Assembly (NCBI GenBank): GCA_026416455.1
Contig: JAOAFE010000004.1
Location: forward strand, 73,468-137,467
Source of the DNA: Syntrophales bacterium
GTDB lineage: Bacteria > Desulfobacterota > Syntrophia > Syntrophales > UBA8958
DNA length: 64,000 nt
Reading direction: 5' to 3'
The position numbers and the translations under genes were made by a program. Shown piece by piece: positions 54,615 to 64,000 of this stretch. The notes beneath the pieces are model-generated. The model made no database searches. It saw nothing but the letters and a program-made list of their open reading frames with translations, and was not told where the DNA came from. The stretch's first letter is position 1, and every line of letters begins with the position of its first letter.

Positions 54615-57305
54615 ATGGGGGTAAAGATGAACAGGGTCAAACTATCTGGATGGATCCCTATTTTCGTTTTCTTAATTCTGCTTCTAGGTTGGCAACTTGT
54701 CCATCTCACAACAGAATGGTTATGGTTTAAGGAAGTCGGCTACACCCAAGTGTTTACTATCTCTCTCTTAGCTCAAGGTAAAGCTGGGCTAATCTTAGGC
54801 GGTATTTTCTTTCTCCTGCTCTATATAAATCTGACACTGGCCGTTCGTCTCTCTCGCACGTCCCGACCGTGGCTCGCCCATACCCTCGTCTTGGAAGAAA
54901 AGAAACTAACGAAATGGATCCGATATACTTCACTGTTTCTGGGATTATTAGCCGTCTTCGCCGGAACGAACAGTGCCCAGTCACTTCTTCTCTTTTCCCA
55001 CGGCCTTCCTTTCAAGATCTACGACCCCCTTCTCAATCGCGATGTCTCTTTCTATACCTTCACTCTCCCTTTCCTCCGCCATCTCTACGGCTACACGATA
55101 GCAGGTCTCATTTTTTCATTCATGGGATCGATTATAGTCTATCTGATGCGAGGGACCGTTGCCCTTACGAATCGCTTCCAGTTAGAAATTGAGCCGGCGG
55201 CCAGGCATCACCTGCTATCAGTAGGCATATTTTTCTTTCTCGTCCTTTCTTTCGGATATTGGCTCGATTTGGGAGATTTACCTTTTGCCCATCGGGGCGT
55301 GGTCTACGGTGCCGGTTACGCAGAGGCTACTACCCAAACATGGGTATTGAAGGCTCTTATAACGATCTGTCTTATTACTTCCCTTGTCATTATTTATGCG
55401 ATCTTCCGACGAGATCTACGCCCCGTCGCCTTCATCATCCTCTTCTTAGTTTTTTCCCACATCGTTGGGCGTAACATATACCCGGCCCTCGTCCAAAGGT
55501 TTGTCGTGATCCCTAACGAAATAGCCCTCGAGAGTCCCTATCTCAAACATAACATTCATTTTACCCGTCTCGCATACGGCCTCGATCGGATCGAAGAAAG
55601 AGAATTCCCTGCCCTAGAAAACCTTACTCTAAAGGACATTCAAAAAAATGGACCAACTATTAAGAATATACGTCTGTGGGATTACACGCCGTTGCTCCAA
55701 ACCTTTAGCCAGCTACAAGAAATAAGGACGTATTACAAATTTCTCGGTGTAGACAACGACCGTTACCACATTGGAGGGGAATACCGACAGGTCATGCTCG
55801 CACCCAGGGAACTCTCTTACAGTGCATTGCCTTCTCGCACCTGGGTTAACGAGCACCTGACCTATACCCACGGCTACGGCATAGTTATGGGTCCCGTGAA
55901 TAGAGTAACCAAAGAGGGACTGCCAGAATTTTTTATCAAGGATATTCCGCCCGTCTCGGTTATCGACCTCAAGGTCACCCGACCGGAAATCTATTTCGGT
56001 GAAATAGAATCGGATTACGTTTTTGTGAAAACCAAACGACCCGAGTTCGACTATCCCGTGGGCGAGAAGAACGTTTATACCCGTTACATGGGGGAAGGCG
56101 GCGTTCCCCTGAACTTCTGGAGAAAAATACTTTTCACGGCCCGCTTCAAATCTCTTATGATACTGCTCTCCGACGACATTACCTCCGAAAGCCGTATTAT
56201 GTATTACCGAAACGTCAGGGAACGGGTGCAAAAGGTAGCACCTTTCGCCATCTTGGATGGCGATCCCTACCTGGTAGTAACCGCGGACGGCAGGCTCGTC
56301 TGGATTCTGGATGGATACACCGTAACGGATCGATTCCCCTATTCGGAACCGACACCGAGGCTGGGAAATTACATTAGAAATTCCCTCAAGGCAACGGTAG
56401 ATGCCTACGATGGAAAAATAAAACTTTATATAAGTGATCCTTCCGATCCAATGATCAACACCTACGCCCGCATTTATCCGGGAATGCTACGCTCCCTTTC
56501 TGAGATGCCGGCGGACTTGAGGAAGCATTTGCGTTACCCCCCCGGCTTCCTTTCTGTCCAAGCCCGGATGTACCGCATTTATCACATGAGAGACCCCCAG
56601 GTTTTCTACAACAAGGAGGACATCTGGACGATTCCTCATCTCTCTCAGGGCGGGGCCGAACAAGAGATGCGTCCCTATTACACCATCATGAAGCTGCCCG
56701 AGGGAGAGAAAGAAGAATATATCCTCCTTTTGCCCTTCACACCTGCGAAGAAAGACAATATGTCGGCATGGCTGGCGGCACGTTGCGATGACCCCCATTA
56801 TGGAAAACTAATCGTCTATACCTTCCCCAAACAACGCCTCGTCTACGGGCCGAGGCAAATTGCGGCGCGCATTAACCAGGATGCCTATATCTCCCAGCAG
56901 CTCTCCCTTTGGAATCAACGAGGTTCACGTGCCATCATGGGCAATCTTCTGGCCATCCCTATTGAACAGTCGATAATTTACGTCCAACCCATATTTCTGG
57001 CATCAGAAAGAGGCCAATTGCCGGAACTCAAGCGCATCATTCTCGCTTATGGAAATTCCATAGTCATGGAGGAAAATCTGGAGCTTGCCATCAACCGCCT
57101 CTTTGGACAGGCTGCGATAGCACCACCTAAACCTTCGGGAGAGGAAACCATTTCCCGTCCCGTTCGGCGTCTGACGGTAAAAGACGCTTTGAACCACTGG
57201 CGCGAAGCTCAAAAACATCTAAGAGAGGGAAATTGGTCTCTTTTCGGAGAGGAAATAAAGAAGATGGAAAATGTTCTGAAGGAGCTTGCCAAGGAATCCC
57301 CCTGA
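54615..57305 (+). CDS. UPF0182-family large integral membrane protein, function unknown
   Basis: 896 aa with about 7 N-terminal TM helices and a large soluble region (YPVGEKNVYTRYMGEGGV..., DGYTVTDRFPYSEP..., YYTIMKLPEG...). An alternative start is ATG 54627, preceded by GGGGGT. Confidence 0.8.
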   Translation: MGVKMNRVKLSGWIPIFVFLILLLGWQLVHLTTEWLWFKEVGYTQVFTISLLAQGKAGLILGGIFFLLLYINLTLAVRLSRTSRPWLAHTLVLEEKKLTKWIRYTSLFLGLLAVFAGTNSAQSLLLFSHGLPFKIYDPLLNRDVSFYTFTLPFLRHLYGYTIAGLIFSFMGSIIVYLMRGTVALTNRFQLEIEPAARHHLLSVGIFFFLVLSFGYWLDLGDLPFAHRGVVYGAGYAEATTQTWVLKALITICLITSLVIIYAIFRRDLRPVAFIILFLVFSHIVGRNIYPALVQRFVVIPNEIALESPYLKHNIHFTRLAYGLDRIEEREFPALENLTLKDIQKNGPTIKNIRLWDYTPLLQTFSQLQEIRTYYKFLGVDNDRYHIGGEYRQVMLAPRELSYSALPSRTWVNEHLTYTHGYGIVMGPVNRVTKEGLPEFFIKDIPPVSVIDLKVTRPEIYFGEIESDYVFVKTKRPEFDYPVGEKNVYTRYMGEGGVPLNFWRKILFTARFKSLMILLSDDITSESRIMYYRNVRERVQKVAPFAILDGDPYLVVTADGRLVWILDGYTVTDRFPYSEPTPRLGNYIRNSLKATVDAYDGKIKLYISDPSDPMINTYARIYPGMLRSLSEMPADLRKHLRYPPGFLSVQARMYRIYHMRDPQVFYNKEDIWTIPHLSQGGAEQEMRPYYTIMKLPEGEKEEYILLLPFTPAKKDNMSAWLAARCDDPHYGKLIVYTFPKQRLVYGPRQIAARINQDAYISQQLSLWNQRGSRAIMGNLLAIPIEQSIIYVQPIFLASERGQLPELKRIILAYGNSIVMEENLELAINRLFGQAAIAPPKPSGEETISRPVRRLTVKDALNHWREAQKHLREGNWSLFGEEIKKMENVLKELAKESP

Positions 57306-57446
57306 GGTCTTCTACATGACGGCAAATTGATCGGTGATGTTAATTCTTCCCTCTGATTAGGATCGCATGCCACGTATAAACGTCATGAGGCGCGAAAAAT
57401 TACATGTGCGTCTCCGAGAGACATTTTCTCTTTTTCGACCGGCTTA

Positions 57447-58658
57447 TCAAATAACAGATCTCTCCGCCAAGAGCTCCATGAAGGCCTCGATTCTCGTCTC
57501 AATCTGGGCCTCGGAGAAACTCCTTTCATCCACCATGTCTGCTTCGATGACGACGGTGGGTATACCCAACTCCTTCTCGACCATCATCTGGATATCGTAC
57601 TGTCCAAGAGAATAGGGCTTGCAGCTGCGATTAGAGTGGATGACGAGACCTTGAGCGTCGTATTTCTTTACCATCTCCATGATGGTTCGTGCTCTCTCAT
57701 CCACCCCAATGTTGAGATAGATACGCGTATAACCCTCGGCCATAGAATTTAAGAAGTCATTTTCGTCTATGTACTTAAGGGAGCCGCACCATGCCGATGT
57801 ATACGTATCGGCTACAAGACAAGCGCCATAAGAGGCAAATTTTTCGGAAAGCCATTTCATCCGGTACCAAATGGGGATGTTATCCCACAGGAGACGATAC
57901 TTCTCTTCCTTGACTACGCCTATGCCTTGGGCAATGCGTGTCTTCATCTCGTCAAGTAACCCGGCATAGAAGTCGACCACCTGCTGTGTACCCCTTAAGG
58001 TGACGATAAGGGCCATATAGATAAAAGCATCGAAGGCGCTTATGGGCGAAGGATGATGCATGGCCGTGTCCAGTACCGCCTGCCAGAGCCTCTGACCTTC
58101 CACCGAAAGCCTCCCCACCTCGGCGAGATGATCTAAATCCACTTTTTTCCCCGTTACTTCCTCCAAAAAATCAAGGTATTCCCCGATTTGATTTTTCACA
58201 TACCGAGCTATTTCTGGCGTATAATCGGTATGGCAGAAGGGGGTATCGAAGATAAAAAGGGGAACGCCATAGTACCTCGCCTGGATTTCGTACCATTTGA
58301 GAACGGTACCGCATATGTTGTTACAGCAGATGAGCATATCCGGCTCTGGCAAGCCGCCGATAGGTCCGCCATTTGTTAATGAACAGGCAAAATCAGAACG
58401 GGCATAGGAACAAAGATCTCCCGAGTATCCCATCTCTTCAGCCTTGCGACATAAATCGGCGCCCATTTTCGAGGCGCCGATCATAGCGCCGTGATTTTCT
58501 GGATAGACGGGAATAATGTCTAAGGCAATGAGAGGTTCTACCGGTCCCCCACTCGTTATCCAGGCAACAAGGCGTTTGTTCTCCCGTGCCGTCTTTGCCT
58601 CGATATAGTAATTGGTCATTATTTCCCTTAGTTTTGCCACACCTGCCTGTTTGGTCAT
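57447..58658 (-). CDS. 2-hydroxyacyl-CoA dehydratase / benzoyl-CoA reductase BcrB/C-type family protein (HGD-D domain), subunit 2
   Basis: 403 aa. LVAWITSGGPVEPLIALDIIPVYPENHG and several conserved Cys (CSYARSDFAC, CCNNICG, RSCKPY) are typical of this family. Confidence 0.75.
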   Translation of the reverse strand: MTKQAGVAKLREIMTNYYIEAKTARENKRLVAWITSGGPVEPLIALDIIPVYPENHGAMIGASKMGADLCRKAEEMGYSGDLCSYARSDFACSLTNGGPIGGLPEPDMLICCNNICGTVLKWYEIQARYYGVPLFIFDTPFCHTDYTPEIARYVKNQIGEYLDFLEEVTGKKVDLDHLAEVGRLSVEGQRLWQAVLDTAMHHPSPISAFDAFIYMALIVTLRGTQQVVDFYAGLLDEMKTRIAQGIGVVKEEKYRLLWDNIPIWYRMKWLSEKFASYGACLVADTYTSAWCGSLKYIDENDFLNSMAEGYTRIYLNIGVDERARTIMEMVKKYDAQGLVIHSNRSCKPYSLGQYDIQMMVEKELGIPTVVIEADMVDERSFSEAQIETRIEAFMELLAERSVI

Positions 58659-58661
58659 ATT

Positions 58662-59768
58662 TCACCTCTGCCTTAACATTTCTACGAAGGCTTCACAGCG
58701 CGTTCTCACCTGTCCTTCCGATGGTAAAGGATCCTCTATTTCCAAAAGTAAGGTCGGATAGCCTTCGCTTTCGAGTCTTTTTCGCAAATCGGGATAATCG
58801 AAGGCATGAGGATCGCAGAATTTATAGGTAACGAAGATTACACCTTCCGATCCCGTCTCTTTTACGCGCATGACGATATGATCTAGCCGGGAATTTATCC
58901 CGCCATGTTTGGCCGGACAAACGGGGCGAGACAAAATACGCCGGGCAATAGCTTCTATAGGCTCCAAACCGGTAGGGCAAAGGCCGTAATAATAGCGGGC
59001 TCCTATACACAGGTCGTCTCCCACAATGAATCCTCCCGCCTCCTCTATAGCGTTAAATATTTCTGGTACCTTGCACATCCCCCCGACGATAAACACTTTT
59101 GCCTTCGTTCTTGAGTATGGCTCTTTCCTCTTTGCCTTCCCTATCAGCTCTTTTAATTCCTGTAAAAATTCATGTCGTTCCATGATCATAGCCGCTCGAA
59201 AAACCGTATAGTAATCCTCGGCTGAAAGAGCAATTAATCCATCTGCCCGAAGGCGGTCAAACTGCCCCAAGGTAACCCTTATTTCGTTCATGAGAGCGAT
59301 AGATTTTTCAATTGCCTCCCGAGATACGGTGACGTTAAGATACGAAGACAATTCCTCCTGGAATCGCTTTAAAATATCAATCGTATATTCTTCGGCGCTC
59401 TTCGTACCTAGTTTAACGGGGAGCACAAAATCAAAGTGCACCGGGCCCCTTATGTTTATGCGCCAGATATCGGAAAGGCGACGAATCGAATCGCAGGCAT
59501 CGGGGAAAACGACGGCCGATAAATCTGCCGCTTCTCCCGAGAGCGCCTCTTCTAAAATGCCCCTTACCAGGGAGCAGCAATAGCTCTGTAGGTGCCGGTG
59601 TGCTAACCCCGTCTCTCCTTGCGATCCGAAGAGACGAACGGGAGTATAACCCGCGGCCAGTATGATTTCTTCAGGAACGTATGAGCATACATAGCCGATA
59701 CCCCTACGACCCCTCACGTAATCGTAGGGTGAAGCAACGGCTTTCTTCATCCTCTCCAGATTATCCAC
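58662..59768 (-). CDS. 2-hydroxyacyl-CoA dehydratase / BcrB/C-type family protein (HGD-D domain), subunit 1
   Basis: The ORF track starts at 59834. I prefer the in-frame GTG at 59768, which has AGGAGG 6 nt upstream. GIGYVCSYVPEEIILAAGYTPVRL and KFCDPHAFDYP are typical family segments. Confidence 0.75.
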   Translation of the reverse strand: MDNLERMKKAVASPYDYVRGRRGIGYVCSYVPEEIILAAGYTPVRLFGSQGETGLAHRHLQSYCCSLVRGILEEALSGEAADLSAVVFPDACDSIRRLSDIWRINIRGPVHFDFVLPVKLGTKSAEEYTIDILKRFQEELSSYLNVTVSREAIEKSIALMNEIRVTLGQFDRLRADGLIALSAEDYYTVFRAAMIMERHEFLQELKELIGKAKRKEPYSRTKAKVFIVGGMCKVPEIFNAIEEAGGFIVGDDLCIGARYYYGLCPTGLEPIEAIARRILSRPVCPAKHGGINSRLDHIVMRVKETGSEGVIFVTYKFCDPHAFDYPDLRKRLESEGYPTLLLEIEDPLPSEGQVRTRCEAFVEMLRQR

Positions 59769-59845
59769 TTGTTTCCTCCTTTTCGTGATAATTAACACCT
59801 TATATTTTTTTTTCAGTTGTGCAAGATTATTCATCGGGGGAGTTC

Positions 59846-62275
59846 ATGAAGAGACCTCTTCTGCCGCCAATGCTAGCACTCATGGCCGGTATCATGCTGG
59901 CCGAATACGTCGAGGTTTCGCTTTTTCCCATCTTAGTCATTCTGGCCATCGTCTATCTCTTCATTCTTCTCACCTTAAAGCATCATGCTCTTATCACCAT
60001 TACTCTCGTCTGGATGTCTTTTTTTCTATTGGGTTTTAGCCATATGCGCCTTATTACTCAACCACCGCGAGACGAAAACCACATCTTTTATCATCTAAAC
60101 GGCCAAATGGACACATATGAAGGAGTTATACTAGACGTTTCTCAACGACCGGACGAAGGCTCACTTCTTACCGTTGCTTTGTACCGGCGATACGGTCCGT
60201 CCTCTTACCGAAGCACGCACGGTCGCGTGCTTCTTTCTGTATTGACGAATCAGCAGTTCACTTATGGTGATGTAATTCGTTTTGAAACCCGTTTAAAAGA
60301 ACCAAGGAGTTTTAAAAATCCCGGTACGTTCAATTACGCCAAATATTTGCGCTATCGTGGCATTTGGGCCCGGGGCACAATTAACCGACCGAGTGCCCTC
60401 TGTATTATTCGCTCCGGCTACGGTACGCCCTTTTTTAAACCCTTCAATACCTACAGGGAAAAATTGAGAGACCTGATAGCTACCCAAGCGCCCTTCCCCG
60501 CTTCTTCCGTAATCCAGGCTTGTATCCTTGGTCTGCAGAAAGGCATCCCATCTGATATCATGGAAAAGTTCAATCGAACCGGCACTTCCCATATCATTGC
60601 CATCTCTGGATTTAACATGGCCATCGTGGCTGGATTTGCCGCCCTGGTCACGCGATTTATCCTCTCCATCTATCCACCCATGCTGCTCCGGATAAACCTG
60701 CAAATTGCCTCCGTATTGACAGCTTCCCTTTTTGTCATTTTTTTTACCTTCCTGGCTGGCGCAGGCATTTCCGTCGTTCGAGCGACGATCACCATTCTCG
60801 TTTTTATGTTCGCCCTCATTCTCGGTCGGGTGAGGGAAGCGGATAATACCATGGCCCTTGCCGCCGTCTTAATCCTACTCTTTTCTCCCTATTTGTTATT
60901 CGACCTTTCATTTCAGTTATCCTTTTCCGCCGTCTGCTCCCTCATCTACTTGACACCGAAACTTATGGCCCTGCTCCCACCCCGGGAAGCTAATAATTAC
61001 TTTTTCCAAAAATTGGTTTCCATCTTTTATGGTTTTTTCGTTACCACCCTGAGTGCCACGGCCGGCACCTTACCTATTTTGCTTTTCCACTTCCACCGTC
61101 TTTCTCCTTTGGTACTTCTATCCAACTTGCTCGTCGTACCCATCTTGGGATTCTTGGTCATTCCCCTTTCGATGTTGATCATAATTGTTACCCCTCTCTC
61201 CACCACTCTTGCGAGTCTAATTATTTCTATCACGGCCCAGTTGGTAAATTTGGCCATTTACATCGTAGATTTCCTATCTCATCTTCCTTACTCCAGCCTC
61301 CTCTTACCGAGAGTCGGTCTCGTGCAAATTGTACTTTACATTGCTCTGGTAGCCATATTCGTCTCTGCTTTAGGTACGAAGCATCGACTTTCCCTAAAAC
61401 TAGGCTTTGGCTTACTTTTAACCCTGCTTCTCCTCATAAGTGTCATGCTGCCTATCGAAAATAATCGGCCCAAATATCTGGAAGTCACAGTACTCGATGT
61501 AGGCCAGGGGCAATCAGTTTTTCTTCACCTTCCCACCGGCGAGAAAGTGCTTATCGATGGAGGCGGCTTTTTTGATACCCGCTTCGACGTAGGAAAAAAC
61601 GTGATTACCCCGTTTCTGCTTTATCGTGGTGCCACCCACCTTTCGCGTATCATCATTTCCCATCCCCATCCCGACCATATAGGGGGATTGGTCTACGTGG
61701 TAAAGAACCTATCCGTCGGGGAAATCTGGGTGAATAAAGACACCCTACAGAGCCACTATGCCCAATCCTTTATGGAGGAAGTAAAAAACAGACGCATACC
61801 AGTCAGAGTTGTGTCCGCCGGTTTCTGCCACAAGTCGGAAGACGGAACTAAATGGGAAATTCTCCACCCCCCCTCTAACATCGACCCTTCTATTTTGAAA
61901 AACGAAAATGATCGCTCGATCGTTTTGAGGTTGGTTTACGGCCAAACCTCTTTCTTATTTCCCGGCGACATCTCTGAAACGGCGGAAAGATTACTCGTCT
62001 GGAGACACCGGTCGTTGTCAAGTAACGTTCTGATCGTCCCCCACCACGGAAGCCGCCATTCGTGCTCCATCGATTTCATCAAGACAGTTAAACCCCTCTA
62101 TGCCTGTGTCTCCGGGGGCCAGGATAGTAGAAAACTCCCTCATACCGACGTTATTCAGCGCTTTCAGAAAGAGCGTGTTCCCCTGTATCGCACCGATCTT
62201 CACGGCGCAGTCACGTTCACGTCTGATGGACAAAAAATATCCATTCGAACCTTCTCCGTTGCCTACGAACAATAA
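59846..62275 (+). CDS. comEC: ComEC/Rec2-family DNA internalisation channel protein with a C-terminal metallo-beta-lactamase domain
   Basis: The ORF track starts at GTG 59819; I prefer ATG 59846 (MKRPLLPPMLAL...). It has a polytopic competence domain (TGTSHIIAISGFNM) and an MBL motif HPHPDHIGG. Confidence 0.88.
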   Translation: MKRPLLPPMLALMAGIMLAEYVEVSLFPILVILAIVYLFILLTLKHHALITITLVWMSFFLLGFSHMRLITQPPRDENHIFYHLNGQMDTYEGVILDVSQRPDEGSLLTVALYRRYGPSSYRSTHGRVLLSVLTNQQFTYGDVIRFETRLKEPRSFKNPGTFNYAKYLRYRGIWARGTINRPSALCIIRSGYGTPFFKPFNTYREKLRDLIATQAPFPASSVIQACILGLQKGIPSDIMEKFNRTGTSHIIAISGFNMAIVAGFAALVTRFILSIYPPMLLRINLQIASVLTASLFVIFFTFLAGAGISVVRATITILVFMFALILGRVREADNTMALAAVLILLFSPYLLFDLSFQLSFSAVCSLIYLTPKLMALLPPREANNYFFQKLVSIFYGFFVTTLSATAGTLPILLFHFHRLSPLVLLSNLLVVPILGFLVIPLSMLIIIVTPLSTTLASLIISITAQLVNLAIYIVDFLSHLPYSSLLLPRVGLVQIVLYIALVAIFVSALGTKHRLSLKLGFGLLLTLLLLISVMLPIENNRPKYLEVTVLDVGQGQSVFLHLPTGEKVLIDGGGFFDTRFDVGKNVITPFLLYRGATHLSRIIISHPHPDHIGGLVYVVKNLSVGEIWVNKDTLQSHYAQSFMEEVKNRRIPVRVVSAGFCHKSEDGTKWEILHPPSNIDPSILKNENDRSIVLRLVYGQTSFLFPGDISETAERLLVWRHRSLSSNVLIVPHHGSRHSCSIDFIKTVKPLYACVSGGQDSRKLPHTDVIQRFQKERVPLYRTDLHGAVTFTSDGQKISIRTFSVAYEQ

Positions 62276-62317
62276 GTATGCTATGGGTCAAAGGCTTGAA
62301 TAGCTTGAGGTGCTGGG

Positions 62318-63589
62318 GTGGTTAAGATTACGGCCATAAGAGGATTTAAAGATGTGCTGCCAGAAGAGACCCCGAAATGGCAGTTCATGGAATATACTGC
62401 CCGCTCTATACTCGCCAATTACGGATTTCGTGAAATCCGCATCCCCGTAATGGAAAAAACGGAGCTCTTCACACGAGGTATTGGTGAAACAACGGACATC
62501 GTAGAGAAGGAAATGTATACCTTCATCGATCGAGGCGAGGAATCCCTTAGTCTGCGCCCGGAGGCTACGGCTTCCATCTTGCGGGCCGTCTTGGAGCATA
62601 ATCTCCATGCTGTCAATCCTGTCCTCAAGCTCTACACCATCGGTCCGATGTTCAGACGGGAAAGGCCTCAAAAAGGCCGTCTACGTCAGTTTCATCAAAT
62701 AGACGCAGAGGTATTGGGATCAGAAGAACCGTATGTTGATGCCGAAGTCATTGCCCTACTTATGCATCTCTTGCATGCTTTAGGGGTAAATCACGTAGCC
62801 TTGGAGATAAACTCTCTTGGCTGCGCGGCCTGCCGATCAAAATTCCGAGAGGCCATCCGAATTTTTCTAGACGCTTATGTCCATAGTTTATGTCCCGATT
62901 GCATAAGGCGTTCTAAGAATAATCCCCTCCGTGTGTTCGACTGCAAGGTGGAAACCTGCCGGGAGAGCCTCATGAACGCGCCCGTAATTACCGACTATCT
63001 TTGCGGAGACTGCCAATCCCACTTTCTACGGGTTCAGGAATATCTCTCTCTCCTTTCCCTTTCGTTTGTCGTTAATTCTCGGATGGTGAGGGGACTCGAT
63101 TACTATACCCGAACGGCCTTTGAGGTAACCACCGACCTTTTGGGTGCCCAGAATGCAGTCGCAGGAGGTGGCAGGTACGATGGGCTATCAGAAGATCTGG
63201 GAGGACCACGCATACCGGGCATCGGTTTTGCGATAGGTTGCGAGCGCATACTTGCCCTGATAAAGGAAGAGCATACACATAATGGGCCTTATCTAGACAT
63301 CTTTATCGCCGCTCTGGGAGAAGAAGCGCAAAAGTTTGCTCTCCCGTTTAGCCAATTGCTCAGGAGGAAGCATATAAAAGTAGAAACGGGACCGGGGGGA
63401 AAAAGCCTCAAATGGCTACTCAAACAGGCCGACCGTACGGGGACACCGTACGTCTTGATAGTAGGAGAAAACGAACTCAATGCGGGCTCCCTTATCCTCC
63501 GAAACATGAAAAACGGCGAGCAGAGATTGATATCTACCTCCCAGCTGGAGGAAGCCATAATGAAAATTTTGAGGAGCGAACAAAATTGA
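62318..63589 (+). CDS. hisS: Histidine--tRNA ligase
   Basis: 423 aa with a GTG start. Motifs: [41 protein letters not shown]. Confidence 0.93.
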   Translation: MVKITAIRGFKDVLPEETPKWQFMEYTARSILANYGFREIRIPVMEKTELFTRGIGETTDIVEKEMYTFIDRGEESLSLRPEATASILRAVLEHNLHAVNPVLKLYTIGPMFRRERPQKGRLRQFHQIDAEVLGSEEPYVDAEVIALLMHLLHALGVNHVALEINSLGCAACRSKFREAIRIFLDAYVHSLCPDCIRRSKNNPLRVFDCKVETCRESLMNAPVITDYLCGDCQSHFLRVQEYLSLLSLSFVVNSRMVRGLDYYTRTAFEVTTDLLGAQNAVAGGGRYDGLSEDLGGPRIPGIGFAIGCERILALIKEEHTHNGPYLDIFIAALGEEAQKFALPFSQLLRRKHIKVETGPGGKSLKWLLKQADRTGTPYVLIVGENELNAGSLILRNMKNGEQRLISTSQLEEAIMKILRSEQN

Positions 63590-64000
63590 AAACTCAGTTT
63601 ATAGCCCATAAAAAACGTACTCACTATTGCGGTGAGTTAAGTATTGAACATGTGGGCCAGGAAGTCTGCCTCATGGGTTGGACGCACCGTCGTCGTGACC
63701 ACGGTGGGGTCATATTCATCGATCTCCGAGATAGAACGGGCCTGGTACAGATCGTATTCAACCCTGAATACAATCAAGAAGCCCATCGTCAAGCGCACCG
63801 TATCAGGAGTGAATACGTACTCGCCGCCCTGGGTACAGTCAGAAGACGTCCAGAGGGAATGGAAAATCGCGATCTGAAAACGGGTGAAATAGAAGTATTT
63901 ATCCATGCCTTCGAGATCTTGAACGAGGCAAAAACACCGCCTTTTTCGATTTACAATCCGGGAGATCTTTCGGAATCAGTACGTCTTCGCTACCGATATC
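63586..64000 (+). CDS. aspS: Aspartate--tRNA ligase, N-terminal 138 codons; continues beyond the right edge
   Basis: Absent from the ORF track because there is no stop in the window. Manual translation from TTG 63586 (TTGA overlap with the hisS stop) gives [61 protein letters not shown]...[22 protein letters not shown]...LRYRY. This is the OB anticodon-binding domain of AspS. Confidence 0.88.
   Translation, partial: MKTQFIAHKKRTHYCGELSIEHVGQEVCLMGWTHRRRDHGGVIFIDLRDRTGLVQIVFNPEYNQEAHRQAHRIRSEYVLAALGTVRRRPEGMENRDLKTGEIEVFIHAFEILNEAKTPPFSIYNPGDLSESVRLRYRY

Noticed and set aside
57395-57445. A weak hairpin AGAGA-cattt-TCTCT followed by TTTT, downstream of the UPF0182 gene
   Set aside because: It has only a 5-bp AT/GA stem about 100 nt after the stop, which is too weak to call a terminator without 3'-end data.
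59846-62275. ComEC as part of a competence or DNA-uptake island
   Set aside because: It is a single housekeeping-type comEC gene. No comEA, comF or pilus genes lie nearby.
1-64000. A search for CRISPR repeats, tandem repeats, IS termini, toxin-antitoxin pairs and defence systems
   Set aside because: Every stretch longer than about 175 nt is accounted for by a conserved gene. I saw no repeat arrays or short paired ORFs. This was by-eye scanning only, so short dispersed repeats could have been missed.

Overview
This is a densely coding (about 97%) bacterial chromosomal window. I found no rRNA, CRISPR array, IS element or prophage, and no obvious defence island. All calls come from reading the supplied translations and the DNA by eye; no BLAST or HMM search was run. 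Gene content points to an anaerobe: IOR, LutABC, HgdAB-like proteins, an ApgM-like enzyme and UPF0182. The hslVU-argBDFGH-lysA-dapAB order resembles Geobacter and Syntrophus-type genomes (former Deltaproteobacteria), but this is a low-confidence inference. Layout from left to right. (i) On the minus strand: hom, an ApgM-like gene, a thioesterase, a TPR protein and a partial iorA, preceded by recG. (ii) purM-purN-pfk. (iii) The most interesting region, 10.6-25.7 kb. An IlvD-family dehydratase is read divergently from a 13-gene IclR-headed operon ending at a strong terminator. The operon holds a Liv-type ABC importer, LutABC, a LarA-family racemase, an FrhB-family flavo-FeS protein and a divergent IorAB. 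I read it as a candidate uptake, racemisation, oxidation and oxidative-decarboxylation route from 2-hydroxy acids to acyl-CoA. I do not recognise it as characterised. (iv) An operon of a small membrane protein, two M16 peptidases and an M20 peptidase, followed by phoH-ybeY. (v) PpiC, MATE and csp. (vi) tRNA-Gly and tRNA-Cys, then pepA with orphan OppD/OppF-type ATPases. (vii) A 16-kb, 19-gene minus-strand array (miaB to an alpha/beta hydrolase) with no gap longer than 14 nt. It includes a 45-aa lipoprotein ORF that is absent from the ORF track. (viii) UPF0182, an orphan HgdAB-like pair, comEC, hisS and a partial aspS.
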